Below are positions 14,501 to 29,489 of a stretch of 64,000 nt of DNA, piece by piece (position 1 is the stretch's first letter; every line of letters begins with the position of its first letter). The DNA lies in assembly GCF_009914755.1 (NCBI RefSeq), contig NC_060935.1; one strand, 5' to 3'. This DNA is from the human T2T-CHM13v2.0 reference genome, Homo sapiens. The position numbers and the translations under genes are program-made. A model generated the notes under the pieces. That model was not told where the DNA came from, searched no databases, and worked only from the letters and a program-made list of their open reading frames with translations.

Positions 14501-15761
14501 ATAGATGTGAATGAGAAAGAGGTCAAGATTTGAATAATCTGGATTGGTATCTAAAATAATTTATAAGAAAAAATCATATATAGGGGGTTTTAATAAATAT
14601 ATTTCTCTCTATATAAAAACTCTCCTGATTCCCACAGGTAAAATTATTTCCTCTTTCGTGTATCACCATCTGTAGCCCTCACAACTCCGAAAACACTTTA
14701 TTGTACTAGTTTTACACACCTGTCTTTTAAATGTAAAGTCTCTACAGAAAGGAAATGCGTTGTATTCATTTCTGTATTCCTATTAACTTGAATAATACTG
14801 AAATATAGTAGATGCTAAATATGCTTGTTTCATAAATGTGGGATAAAATAAATGTTTCTGTAGCCTACGCCACTAAGGATTTTATACTGGAGCTGGGAGA
14901 TAATCAATCACGTAATATTTAGTGGTACCTACTGTAGGATGTAAAGGAAGACGACAATGAGATGCACCCTGAGGACTTGGGAATGGCAGAAATGAGATTG
15001 TTCTACATACAAGAGAGGGATTTTTGTAAAACTCAACTGAAAGAGAATAGGACTTGACTGGAAACTGCCGACTATATTTAAGACCTTACGAAAAACAAAT
15101 GTATGAGTTGGAAAGAGAGTTGGTCACTCATGGGAACAATGAGAGAGCTGCAGAGTAATCCTCCAAGTAAGCACTTTGCCAGGACAGTAAGCAGTCAAGG
15201 AAGCACTGTCCACTATCCAAGCTCATCGTACAGAAGGACACTACCTACCCAGTCCTGTGGGCAGGAATCTCCTTAGGTTAAAAAATATGTCACCAATCTT
15301 CTTGTTCTAATCCTTAAACCTGTGATTCACCTGACTAGTCGCTTTTGCCTTGATTCCATGCTCACCAAGAGTTCTGATGCCTCTAACTAAACTCAAAGAG
15401 CTCACCTGAAGGTACCTGAGGACGTAGGTGTCTAGTTATGCTAGATAGGGATATTTTATTTTGAAAACTAATAAATTAGAATCAATCTGATGAATCCGAG
15501 GAAGATGAGTTTGCCTCTGGCTGATGTAGTAACATGTGGTATCCTGCCATTCACATCACTGTGCTTGTGAGTCTGAGGGGCAAATTTAGATCCCCCCAAG
15601 ATGATTCCTCCCTATGGGTACTTGTGGTCTTCCCTAAGCATCACGTCTTTGGCTCCTCCATGAGCCACGTGCCTTTTCTTCAAACGGCTGCACAGATTAT
15701 GTGCGTAACACTATGCTTTAAACCACTAGAGAGTGATCCAAGAGAACATATAATTAAGTGA

Positions 15762-16221
<460 letters not shown>

Positions 16222-16852
16222 AAGGAGGGCATTTCTAAGAGGAGAATGTGGGTTCACAGATATGGAGGCCAGAATGCTGGACCGCATTGCTGAAGTATTA
16301 GAACCACAAATTGGGCCAACATACTCTCTTACTTCCTTCAAAATGAAACCTGAAAATTGATGAGAAAAGTAAGAAATCAGCCTTCTTATTTAAGCCCTGA
16401 TCTGTGAGCATGAGTAAAACAAAATAAAATAAAATGAATCCCAATATCCTATCATGTGTCTAGTTTGAGAGAAGGATATTAACACTCTAATTATTTGCTC
16501 TTAAGACCAATTTTTTAAAGCTGTCACTAATGCAATGAAAACATTTACACAAACTTCTAAAGCAAACAAAGAAGGAAAAACAATATCTGTCACCAATAGA
16601 AAAGCAAGTTTGAGTGCTAGAGTACAATAAATTATTTATTATACTGATACTGGATTTGTTCTAGAGACTAACATGACCACAGGAAAGGAGGCTTTACTAA
16701 ATAATTCCTAGTAAAAGAAACTTTTAAATAATTTTTCTTTCATTCACTCTAAAAAACAATCTTCACAGATAGATAAAAGTATTATCTTTAAAAATGCAAC
16801 ATTTATGTCAGGAAAAAAACAGACATTCATGTGTTTTCCCTACTCTTAAATT

Positions 16853-17159
16853 CTTTTTTTTTTTTCTTAATTTAAGATACAGTGTCTTACTCTTGTTACC
16901 CAGGCTGGAGTGTAGTGGTGCAATCATAGCTTACTGCAGGCTTAACCTCCTAGGCTCAATCGATCCTCCTGCCTCAGCCACCTTAGTAGCTAGGACAATA
17001 GGTGTACACCACCACATCCAGCTAATTTTTAAATTTTTTGTAGAGACAGGGGTCTTGCTGTGCTGCCCAGGCTGGTCTCAAACTCCTAGTTTCAAGCTGT
17101 CTTCCTTTCTCTGCCTCCTAAAGTGCTGGGATTACAGGCATGAGCTACCATGCCTGACC
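16853..17159 (-). mobile_element. AluJ
   Basis: caatcatagcttactgcag, ggctcaatcgatcctcc. Confidence 0.9.
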
Positions 17160-17650
17160 CCCATTCTTTATAATACCTTGGCATATGGGAGATGAAGGAA
17201 ATAGAAAACAAAATGATTTTCTCCTAGGCCAGTTGTGATACATCACCTCTTTCACCTGCCGTGTAGTTGGTATTCAGTGTTAGAAAAAGGAGTGAAGTGA
17301 ATGAAGAAGAACAAGAGGAAGAGATGAAACAGAAGAAGCGAAGAAGTAGTCTGCACCTGCTCAGAAGAAGTGGTGGCCAGGTGGGCCTCCAAAATTAGAA
17401 ATCCAGCCCTCTCTCCATTTCTTGCCTCAGTCAGCACTGTCTCCATCCTATGTCTTTCCATCCTATATTTAAGTCTTGCTTCTGGATTAAGACTGGCAAA
17501 AACAATATACTTCCTAAAGGATCACTTTTCAAACATTTATGCATATGGAATAGCAGAACCCTGTATGTGTGCCCAAGTGAGGGTACGCTGATCTAACTCC
17601 AATATACCTTGAGACATTGAACACACCAAGCAGTTAAAATGGGATAACAG

Positions 17651-17955
<305 letters not shown>

Positions 17956-18664
17956 ACATACATACATTTTAAAAATGGGATAGCAGATTTTAATTCCAGG
18001 ACACTCAGTCACCAATGTAGGTATTCCATTTGACTCACTCCCAGAGATGTCTCTCCCTCTCTTTCTGTCTGTCTCTTTTTCTATCTGTATCTCTATCTTT
18101 CTCACACACACACAAGCACACATATGCATGCACATACTTGCAAAATTAAAAAACACCTTCAAGCTTTCTTTATGGTCCAAGAGGAATTTTGCTGTACAAA
18201 TATGGTTGCCTTTCAGGAAAACTTAACTTCATTTCCATTTTTTAACTTCTGTTAAGCCACAACTCTGGAATTGTGTTTCTGAAAAAAAGATACGTACTTA
18301 AATTTTTTAAGAGATAAGTGAACAATATCTAACACTGATAATGGAACACCCTGTTGTGAATGCATTCAACTTCTAAAAGGAATATAGAAACATAAATCTT
18401 TCACATTTAAGTGGAACAATGGTGACACAAAGACAATCCTGAAAAATGACTCTTCAATACTTTGAAATTCTCATAAACAACCTTTTCTCAAGAAGGCTAT
18501 AAAAAGAGTCAGTTTTGCCTGAGTCAGAGCAATTTTAGCTAATTAATAGCACCCTCTGGACCTATGAAAAATTGACATTCTCCATGACAGACCAAGTTTG
18601 GGATGTGGCTCATAAAGAAGCTCCCAACGAGACTTCCATGCTTATTTTCTCCTTTAGATCCAGA

Positions 18665-18895
18665 GCAAACATCAGCAAACTATGACTCAAGGGCCAAATC
18701 TGGCCTGCAGGCTGTTTTTGTAAATAAAGTTTTATTGGAACATAGACACACTCTTTTGTTTATGTATTGTCTATGGCTGCTTTTGGGCTCCAAGGACAGA
18801 GCTGAGTAGTTGAGTAGCTGCCAATAGTCATATGGTCCACAAAGCCTAAAATATGTACCCTCTGGCTCTTAATAGAACAAGTTTGCTGACCCCTG
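18665..18895. mobile_element. MER58A hAT-Charlie MITE
   Basis: gcaaactatg...gggccaaatctggcc...gtaaataaagttttattggaac...gtttgctgacccctg. Confidence 0.9.
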
Positions 18896-21800
18896 ATCTA
18901 GAGGAATGATTTCCCTCTTCTATTATTCTTTTGAACTGAAAGTCAGTAGACCTTGATTTTAGACTCACTCCATCCTGCCAGTAAACTTCTATGTGACTTT
19001 GGGCCAGTAATTACTTTCCTCAGGTTTGGTTTCTTATTTGTAAAGTAAGGAGGGCTGGCCCTGGTGATCATCTATTCCTTATTAATTCTCTTTAAATGTC
19101 TGTGTTCTAAGGGGATTGAGACCTCTCAATTTTTAAAAGGAGTTTATTTTTAAAAGGAATCCAAATCAATTAAAAAAGGCATCTTTCTTTTTGTAAGATG
19201 TACACTTTCTTTTTCAATGTAAACCAGGGTTTTACACTGAAACACTTCACATTATTTCAAGCATTCAGTACCGAGTAAAACCCCTTGCTGCTGTATCACA
19301 GTCATACCAGAAAGCTGCGGGTTAGAGCTGGAGAGAGAACTATAAACAGCAGTAAAATCTGTTTTAGACAAGGCAGCACATCTGCCCACTGCACCCCCTT
19401 CCCAAGAAATGCATTGCATCACTTGTGCCAGAGATGAATGCTCTTTTCTGTCATGTTTTGGTAAGTGAGTGCTCTACCTCCTCTGTCGCTCTGGGACCCT
19501 GAGGGAAATGACAGGAGTCATCCCACTGAAGGAGCACTTTGAATTCATGACAAAGGCGAAACTTTCTTTTTTCAATAGAAATGGGGCTGCTCACTGTCAA
19601 AAACTTCTGTGCCACTGGCATATGCAGCATTACACAACTTCTTTCTAGACATATGACATAAAGCTGCCAAATTAAAGAAATGATAGTATAGCAAGAATTG
19701 TCTCCTCTCTTCCAAAATCTTCACAACAGCAAAGAATCTTTTGCAATTGCTACTTGACAGAATAAAAGATTTGAGATATTATGTTATCTTAAAAACAAAA
19801 TCACCTACGGAGCTTTAAATAGAGATCAGAAAATGCACTAGACCTCAGTTCTAATAACTATTATTTTAAAACCCGAAAGTCTGTTATCTTTCAAATAAAC
19901 ATTTTTTTCCCACATTCTTTCTGCCTGGAAAATAAAGGTATTTTGGGGTATCTTTGAGTCTCTGAGCCAGAAATCATTCGTTCTTAGTCTCCATAGTAGG
20001 AGACTTTGAATAGAAATATGCATACGTGGAATTTAGAAAGCACCATGAATGCGTACTCACTTTAAAATGTTAGATTTTAAAACAGAAAGGAGAGTCTATC
20101 AAATGAAGCCGCTTGAGAGTTTTTATAAAACCCAAAGAGAATATATATTACCATATAACATTGTTATATGTCATCAATCTGGAGGGTTGATAATAACATT
20201 GATATCTGGATGTTATCAACCCTACAGATAACATTCAGAGCTTGGTTACTGTCTTCTTAGTAAATATCTATGGTATACTGAGCTCTCTGCCTTTACCACA
20301 TATTATATAGTTTGGCTGGCAGCTTTGTTTTCAATAAGTGCTTTTCTTTGCAAGAAAAAGATGCTAGTGAGTGCCATCTATCATTTCTGCTAGATCATCT
20401 TCCAAAATCCCAAAGAACAGCACTGTCTGCTTTTCTCTTTCTGACAGGGAAACCTCTGAACTGGATGCTAATATTTTGCAGACCAAGCATGCGCCAAAAT
20501 GGATTAAAAAATCTAAGCTGGCATATCTGCATCAGTCTAAGCAGTTTCAAAGGAAGAACTGCAATGTTAAGCTGATTATTGTAGCTATGGTTCTCCCTTG
20601 TCCGGTCCCCTCCCCGAGTTCTGTATTTTATAGTAATTTACCTTCTCTTCTTGGCCAGTCAGTATTCTTCTCATCCTCTCAGATCCTGCTTAAGTCCCAT
20701 CTCTGTGATCACACTTCTCTCTCGCCCTCACAAAGCTTTGAACATAGAAGGGGCTTATAAAAATTGTTGGTTTGTTTTGAAAGTCTTCCTGGATGACCTC
20801 AGCCCATGTTGATCTCTACCTTCCTTAACTCCTTTGAGACTTACTGCCTATCGCACAATTAACACCTTATTATCCTTGGCTCTAATAGCCTGTACCACAT
20901 AATACATTTCATTTCTTCTTTATAATTGTTTCACAGGAGTTGATTTTCTAACTCCAATTAAATTGTCACCTCCCGATAAGTGAAGCTGTGTTTCCATAAT
21001 ATCTAAACAAACTGTTAGGCACATAGTGGACATCCAAAAAATATTTATTTTTCAATCTATAGCAGCTTTCACATTGCTTGAAAGATTTGATAGTTGTGTC
21101 ACAGGCAACTGCAGACCAAACTTTTATTCATTAATGTAATATGTAATTGTCGTGTATTGAATCTGGCTGTGGATACAACACATTCGGAAAACTACATAAT
21201 CTTTTATGCACGCCTACTTTCTTCAAGGCTCACAGATTTCCAGAGTTTACACCTTGCTCATTGTTTAGAATGTGATGCAATGAAAGGAATCTGCTAAGCT
21301 AATGTTTATTTTAACAAACACTTTGTTTGAATGCATCCTGACAACTCAAGCATCTGTTTTAACTAGAAACATCAACTGAGCTGACTTACTACATTGATAA
21401 AATTTGAAAAATTGCTCAATATTCTGCTTTGTTCTGCCTGTATGGACAAAGTCTAATGCTTTCCGTGCCACCAAATTAGTACTTAAGTGGTTAAAGTAAC
21501 CAAAGGAGCTTTTGTATACTCTATGCCAGCTGGTGTTCTAAAGAGAATTAGACCTGAAATACCCAGCTCTCAGGACAAGCAATTAGTACAGAGCTTTAGT
21601 TGTTTAGCTGGGGGTTTCATTAATATGGAAGAGACAATAAAACTGCCATTTACACTATTACAGAGTCTGATTTAAGCATTTCATGCTAGGACACCTCACA
21701 TATGAAATCAGTGAAGGGCTTGTATAAAGGAGGAGAGCAATATTAAGCTCATCAGACACAAAACAAAACTGAGCCAAGGTGTATCTGTGTTATGTTTCAA

Positions 21801-23741
21801 GTCAAATAACACATTCTTTACTTGCAAGTGAGACAAGATTTATTTTTCCTTAAGTGGCTAACCTCTGGAAATAATTTGTGAGACCAGAGAAAAAGAACCC
21901 AATTTTGAATGAAATTTCTGCTGTGAGTCCAAACTTTGCTGTCTCTACTGCAGCATTCCCATGATTGCTATGGTTTTCACTTTGCAAACTCCCTCACAAT
22001 GACATTTAGGTTTAGCTCCTGGATCGATAACTTTTTTCCAAAGTTTGATCCCATTGTAGCTATTATCGCTGCAGACAAAACTTCCTTTATTGATATGATA
22101 TGTAGAAGTGGGTTTACTAAGGTTTAATGAGCCAGAAATTACTAGAAGAGCTATGTAGAGGCATGTGAGCTTATTCAAGTGTCTGGTATGAACAGAGCTT
22201 GTCAGATAAATAATGTGTTTACAAAATGGGGTAGAACATTATTGAGTCACTGATGAAATATAGTTGATGGAAGCTTCTTGGAGAAACAGAACTAAGCAAG
22301 AGAGAATTTAAAAAGGGATTTGTTGAAGGATCAGTGTCCAAAGGAGTAAGTAGCCACTTTGGGTTTCAGAAGTCTGTGGAGAAAATAGAAAATGAAGAGG
22401 TATTCTGGCCAAAGTCCAAGTAATAAGCAAGCTGTGACACCAGGATTGAACCTAAGATTAGGCACAAGCTTGCCAGCTAGGGAAAAGACAGGTTGAAACA
22501 ACTACAGCTGCAACCAAAGATGGGAATCACACTAACATTTTAAAGTCAGAATTGGTCCATTAAATACTCACTTTCCTAAACTTTAACATGATGATACAAC
22601 AGATCCCAATCCTTCTGGCTGCCATAAAGTAAATGTGGTGCTGTTCTCTAAATGGCTGTTATATAGTGTTAGGTTTGAATGATTTAATACTTGGGAGGAG
22701 ACAGAAAAAGCTCTAGGTTCCAGCCCACTGAGGTGGCTTTTCTTTCCTTCCTTGAGTGATGGCAGTAGAAGAGACGGAAGTGAATAGCTGTTGACCCCTA
22801 TTGGAGGCTGTACCTGCCAATACCAGCACTTCTCTCAGGAAGCTTAGAAGAGACTGATAGAAAGCCTATGGCTATTTTCGTCAATTTCAGAGTAAAGGCA
22901 GATTCCTAGGACAAAATCAAGAATGTTCAGAGTTTGAGTTGTCCTAAAAACTGAGGCTGGAATGTGATTATGCTTTTTTCATGATTCAGAGTTTCTAAAT
23001 TACTGTGAATTGATGTATCTTGAGTTTCTTTTATGTTTTTGAATTCAAAGTACAGGCGAATCAAGAAAAAAAAAAGTAGAAAGAAACCTTGGTTTCAAAT
23101 TTGGGGGCTACCATTTACTAACTGTCCACTTGGAGTTTCCATTTGGAGTCTATTGTATCATTAGGACATAGAATAATAGCACCCATGTCATAGAGCAGCA
23201 GTGGTGGTCATGTCCCAGAGTAGAATGAATGTTGGTCAATAATGTAGGTATATTAGTAAGTTCTCAAACATTTGTTAGTATTCTTCACCCCCTGACCCCT
23301 TTCTCCCAGCCACTATGACACAGTTGTGGTGACCTGTCCATGTCTTCTTAACATTTCTGAGCTGGACTATTCCCATTGGCAAATTAGGGAAACAATTGAT
23401 TCTGAATAGGGTGGCTGTAGAGATCATTGAGATTAAGGGAATTTTTCTTATAGGCTTCATAGGCATCATCATCAGTTACAGTCTATGAGAATATATTAAC
23501 TAATAACTTTTTTCTTTGTGGCTATTACAGCACTTCAATTTAGAAGCTACATTCAAAGACAAAAGCTAAACAAAAGCTAAGGGTCTGTGTCTTAGAATGC
23601 TAAATCACCATTAAAATAAACCATTTCAAAAACTCAATTAGCTGTTCAATTTTATACTGTGATTATTCTTTCTCCAGGTTTTTCCTGACATACAAAAAAT
23701 AGAAAATTTGGTTTGTTTTTTCCATATTAAGAAAGCTGATG

Positions 23742-24013
23742 TCACGCCTGTAATCCCAGCACTTTGGGAGGCCGAGGCGGGTGGATCACGAGGTCAGGAG
23801 ATCGAGACCATCCTGGCTAACAAGGTGAAACCCCGTCTCTACTAAAAATACAAAAAATTAGCCGGGCGCGGTGGCGGGCGCCTGTAGTCCCAGCTACTCG
23901 GGAGGCTGAGGCAGGAGAATGGCGTGAACCCCGGGAGGCAGAGCTTGCAGTGAGCCGAGATTGCGCCACTGCAGTCCGCAGTCCGGCCTGGGCGACAGAG
24001 CGAGACTCCGTCT

Positions 24014-24045
<32 letters not shown>
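23742..24045 (+). mobile_element. AluYb-lineage (Yb8-like), 5'-truncated by 16 nt
   Basis: 7-bp GCAGTCC duplication at 23971-23984, aacaaggtg, attgcg; pure ~30-A tail; perfect TSD aagaaagctgatg at 23729-23741 and 24044-24056. Confidence 0.95.
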
Positions 24046-24047
<2 letters not shown>

Positions 24048-24857
24048 AAGCTGATGAACTGTCTGTGTCAGTGTTATATATTTAGTGGGCTTATTATTAT
24101 TTTTGCAATGCATTGGCACAGCTCAATTTTAAATGCAATTACCACATTATAATCTTGGCAAGACCCACTGTTCCAAATAATTCTCTGATGTACAAATTAG
24201 TCTTCCTACTAAATGAAAACTGCCAGCAGAAAGGTACTATTACAGTATATAAAAATGAAAAGTCTCATTGAAGTACGGAATAACTATAAATTTCATTTCA
24301 GAAGCATATACTATATACACACAAACTTAAAAAAGTTATAATTAAGATGTCTAATTCTCCTGAAATAGCACTCAAATATATAATAATTCCCTGTAGGGTA
24401 TGTAGGCAGTCTGGATCAAACAGCATCTCCCTATGCTGTGAACTAGAAACACTACTAGACTAATAGGTTGAACTATTTCTTCTGCTATTTTTCCAGAATA
24501 TGAAGATAAACAGCAATTGAAGTGTCATCAGAAGATTCTGCAATTATTTTTTGATCACCAACACCATCGGCTGTTGTGAGGTAGAGTTTTTATTATAGTA
24601 TATATTTACAAATGTCTTCAACAACTTACAGTATTTTCACTAGTTCTGCCACACAGTAGTACCATACATTGTCTTCTCAGCATCAAAGATTTAGTGCTTT
24701 AGCAGAGAAACCAACTCTGAAATGAGGACTTTGAGACTGGCTTTTATTTCCTACTAGGTGGTCCTTCTGGGAAGATCAGTGCACAGCTTCTCTTTCCAAC
24801 ATCTACTAAAAAATCCTTTTGAAACAATGTGGGAGGCTGACGACTATTCCCCTATTG

Positions 24858-25070
24858 CAGTGGTCCTTGACAGGGGGTGATTTGGCCCCCCAGGAGACAT
24901 TTGGCAATGTCTGGAGATATTTTTAACTTTTGTAACTGGAGGGAGGGGTCTACTGGCACCTAGTGGGTAGAGGCCAGAGATGCTGGTAAATATCTTATAA
25001 TGCACAGGACAGCCCCATACAAAAAGGACTTAGTCCAGAAAGAAAATAGTGCCACGGGTAAGAAACCTTG
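24858..25070. mobile_element. MER20 hAT-Charlie
   Basis: cagtggtc...ggagacatttggcaatgtctggaga...gagatgctggtaaa...aagaaaccttg; perfect 8-bp TSD ccctattg. Confidence 0.95.
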
Positions 25071-26290
25071 CCCTATTGGCTTCTCTGTCAACATAACAGG
25101 TATTGCCTGTGAACATTTGTTGCCAGAGTGAGTGTCCCTGGGACAGTGTTGATTGCGGAAGTCAACAGAGGAGGAGAATTTAAGTCCTCCACTTCCTGCT
25201 GGGCTCTCATAAAACGATGCAAACCAATGGGCCCTTGGTTTGTTTTAGGTTAGACTTGTGGAAGTTTTCGAAATTCTAGTTTTGCTCTGTTCAATCATTT
25301 TAGAAAATATCTAAGTATCGTTCTGGTTTGAATTAGTTTGTTTGGTCTATTTTTGAACATATTTTGCTTCAGTTACAACATTAATATTTGGGTTTTATTC
25401 AGTTCAGGGTTCAGCAAATTAGCAAAATTACAGCTTTGGGTTATGGTTACTTGTTATATATCTTTGCATGAGAGCCCATGCAAGTGTGATTAGAGCAGAA
25501 AGCTAAGGTTCATCACAACCATGGCCACTAGAGCTTTCTATGATCCAAGGAAGTTAATTCACTTTTTTACTTTGTTTCTCAAGAGGATTCAACAATGCAA
25601 GCACCAAACCAAGTGGATGCCCCTCTTTCTGTTGCTTGGTTTAAAATTAAAACCCTTGATGAATAAAGTGATTTATTTCATATTATATTTATGAAAAGGT
25701 AGAGCAGTCTCAATGTTTTGAGTATTCCTGAAACTGTTTACTTAATTATACAATGAGAAACAAGACAGGAAAAAACTTCATAAAAATCACTAGGGATTTT
25801 AAAAAAATGCCCATGTACTCTTATTTTGCAATGGCTCTGGTTGTGAAATCATCAGACTGAAAAATACTGGAGGAGTGGTGAGGGTGGATTTTAGTGACAA
25901 GATTTCCTTAAGGCTGTAAATAAACCAAATTCAGTAAGAGAAACAGAGATGGCAGTTTTCATCATAAAAGGGGGAAAACATTTTCCAGTTGAATTATAGG
26001 TACAGCACAAAACAGTTGTTCCGTTTTTAAAAACTTTAGTTCGTGCAGGCTGAAACAGAGCATTTCATTTGGCTCAGTTCATGAAAGCCATCTGCACCTG
26101 CTCACGAAACAGCTTAAAGAGAAAAAAAAAGTGTGCACCAAGGATTTTAACTTACACAGACAATAAGGGATAGACTCTGGCACTCAAGCACTGAAAAAGC
26201 AGGAGCATGATAAAGGGGAAAGGATCATAATTTTATGAAGTGCCAATAAATAATAACCCCAAATCAGCTTACAGCATCACTTAGGTTTAC

Positions 26291-26620
26291 CTGTGGAAGC
26301 TACACTTGCCTGTTCTGGTTGCATGTTTAAAAGTTAAGCAATTAAACCTCAATTATATAGGTTTTTCTTTTATGTAGCCTAGGGTTGAATGCATTACTGG
26401 CAGGAAACTTTAGCTCATGAATTCAATCAAAAATCCTTTCATTTGTCAGAACTGCTTCCTGCTGCCTCCTTTAAACATCTGCTTCTCCAGTTCAGGGACA
26501 CACACACACACACATACACATACACACACACCCCCTCTTTGTTAAAATAATAAGCAATCTACCAACTTCCCTTGCAAAAGTTACATTCTCTCTTACACAC
26601 ACACACACACTTGTTCCCAG
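26291..26620 (-). other. Candidate alternative first exon of an unidentified minus-strand gene
   Basis: Minus-strand GCTATAAAAG (26640-26649), downstream CAG|GTAAAC donor at 26291/26290; ATG at 26324 would give MQPEQASVAST in phase 1. Confidence 0.35.
26498..26610. repeat. Two (CA)n microsatellites
   Basis: Imperfect (CA)n at 26498-26530 and (CA)n at about 26596-26610. Confidence 0.9.
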
Positions 26621-26639
26621 TAGAGTTTATTTAATGTGT

Positions 26640-27000
26640 CTTTTATAGCTTCCTTGTCCTTCTCTCTTCCTTTCCGCTTTTAAATTCTGGAAAACCTCAA
26701 GCTGACAAAAGAAGACATTTTAAAAATGCGAGGATAAGGCCCGGCCGGCCTCCAGACCAATGAGAAGGAAGCAGAGCAAGGAGGCGGGGGAGGCGGGGTT
26801 GGCTGTCGGGAATTGCCTGCACTCCTTAAACGGCAGGCACTTCCTGCTAGAGGAGGCCAGCTCTGAACAGACAGAAATCGGGTGGAAAGCTAGCAGGAGG
26901 CGTTGCTCAAGTTCAAAACAATCTGTGCGTGTCCAGGCACGCGCGGAGCCAGACCCCAGCCGCGCGGCTCAGACCTCGCGAGAGCCATCACCTGAGAAAT
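26640..27000. promoter_or_regulatory. CpG-enriched promoter-like element
   Basis: Non-repeat CpG cluster; CCAAT 26757-26761; tandem GAGGCGGGG GC boxes 26781-26798; ETS ACTTCC 26839-26844; CTCGCGAGA 26975-26983; minus-strand TATA 26640-26649. Confidence 0.7.
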
Positions 27001-27077
27001 CCACAGCCTTTTCTCATCAGGCTTAGACTGTTTTTCCCACACCTCCAAGAAGGAAGACCCACATGTTAAAACTATGA

Positions 27078-27405
<328 letters not shown>

Positions 27406-28034
27406 CAGTCATCCTTCTTTAACCACGACATAGGTACTCAGGTCCGCTGGCCTTCCTCTGCACTGATGGACTTTTCTTTGTGAAACTGATTCAGAGGCGG
27501 ACCTCAAGTGGCTTATTCCTTCGCCTAAAAATCGTGCTGCTTTTTCCTCTAGTGAAGTCTGGAGTACAAATTAATAAAAACTTGGGGCTGTGCGGCCTAA
27601 TGGCTCAAACCCTGTTCCAGATGTTTTGAAATATTATTACCCCTTTTGAGAGCCTCAGTGTCTCCCTGGAGGGTAAGACATCTGCCTTAAGGGCACTTAC
27701 CAAGAAACTACAAACATTTGACTGCACACAACAATGGTATCTTAATAAGACAAGGTGCTTAATACAACTGGCTGCCCTATTATGACGTGTAAGAACGTTT
27801 TCATATGTAAGCTATGCTTGCAATTCTATAAGTAGATAAGGAAGCTTGTGGTTGTTACACTTCTAATATATGGATAGAAGAGCTTAAACTCTAATGATTA
27901 GAAAATTACTGGTATTCTGAAGTGTATTACAATCAATGCATTCATGATATCTACACGTTGTAATTATTCATCCTTAAATTAAAAATGGTTTATATGGTTA
28001 TAGCCATATATATCGATTATTGTTTTATTATATT

Positions 28035-28250
28035 AATAATAGCTAACATTTCTGAGCACTATGTGCCAATTATAACACAAAGTTCTTTACATGCATTATT
28101 TCATTTCACCCCTACGACTCTACAGAACTATGATTACATTGAAGAAACAGAGGTTTGTATCATTCATTTGCTATAGGCCAGGGAGTGAGTTAACAAAGCT
28201 GTGACTTGAACCCAGCACCTGGACTCTCAGAGCAATCACACACTATTCAA
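28035..28250 (-). mobile_element. MIR
   Basis: aataatagctaacatttctgagcactatgtgcc...gaagaaacagagg...gacttgaacccag. Confidence 0.8.
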
Positions 28251-28326
28251 CCATCCACCCATTCATCCATCTATCCGTCTGTCTGTCCATCCATGCATCC
28301 AATCACCCACACACCCATGCCATCCA
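28250..28326. repeat. Degenerate (CCAT)n simple repeat
   Basis: ccatccacccattcatccatctatcc...ccatccatgcatcc. Confidence 0.75.
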
Positions 28327-29152
28327 ACATGAAATGTGTATTATTTGGAAAGACACAGTCATAAGATGTGCACAAAATACTTAAAAAAAGGATCTATTTT
28401 GTCCACCTGAAACAAAAGGAACATGCTGTATCTTAAAATGTCAGATGTTAGATGTGAGATTATACATCCATACTGAACTGTAGAAACAATGAATAATACA
28501 AGCAAAACCAAAAAAGCCAATGCAACTGATATCAACAAGAAATTCAATACTCCTCTGACATACAAAATATAATACTCAGTGTATCTCTCAAAAGACAATT
28601 TTTCTTTGAATTTTCCAAATAATTTGCAAAAATTAATTCAGGGAGCCTTCAGGAAAGTGCCTTCCGAACAGTCATCCTTCTTTTTTTTTTTTTTTTTTCC
28701 AAAACAAAACATGCTTAGCATGCACACTTTTACCACTTTTTTCGAGTGGAAAGTTTATTGGCAATATTAAATTTCACCCTAGATAGGATATGAGAATGTT
28801 TTGATAAATCACAATTTATAGTATATTAATGCCATGTGAGAATTTTGTTTCCCAAGTAAGAGCTCACATGGAACTTGGTCATTAAACCTTAAAGAAACCT
28901 TTCTCACATATCTATAGGCCTCAAATTGAAATAATCTATAAATGAATTTGTAGATTTCTTTTTAGTTTAATTCCTGAGTATACAGGGCAAAAGCTTATAT
29001 CCTTTATATAAACTTCTGCTTTGGTCTAAAACTGATATATCTTCACGTTGAGGTTTCATCTGAAATGCACCACGTTTGCTGACTTGCTTCAATATGAATT
29101 TGTATGGCTATAAAATTGTGCCCTAACTCAAGCTATTTCTATGTTCACCTGA

Positions 29153-29467
<315 letters not shown>

Positions 29468-29489
29468 GCTTAATTCTTTATATTTCACA

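Noticed and set aside
24497-24580. Plus-strand exon-like segment after ttttccag
   Set aside because: Weak donor (GTAGAG), in-frame stop, no recognisable peptide.
28681-28990. T18 plus minus-strand AATAAA suggesting a processed pseudogene tail
   Set aside because: The AATAAA is ~50 nt from the A-run, with no TSD and no coding remnant.
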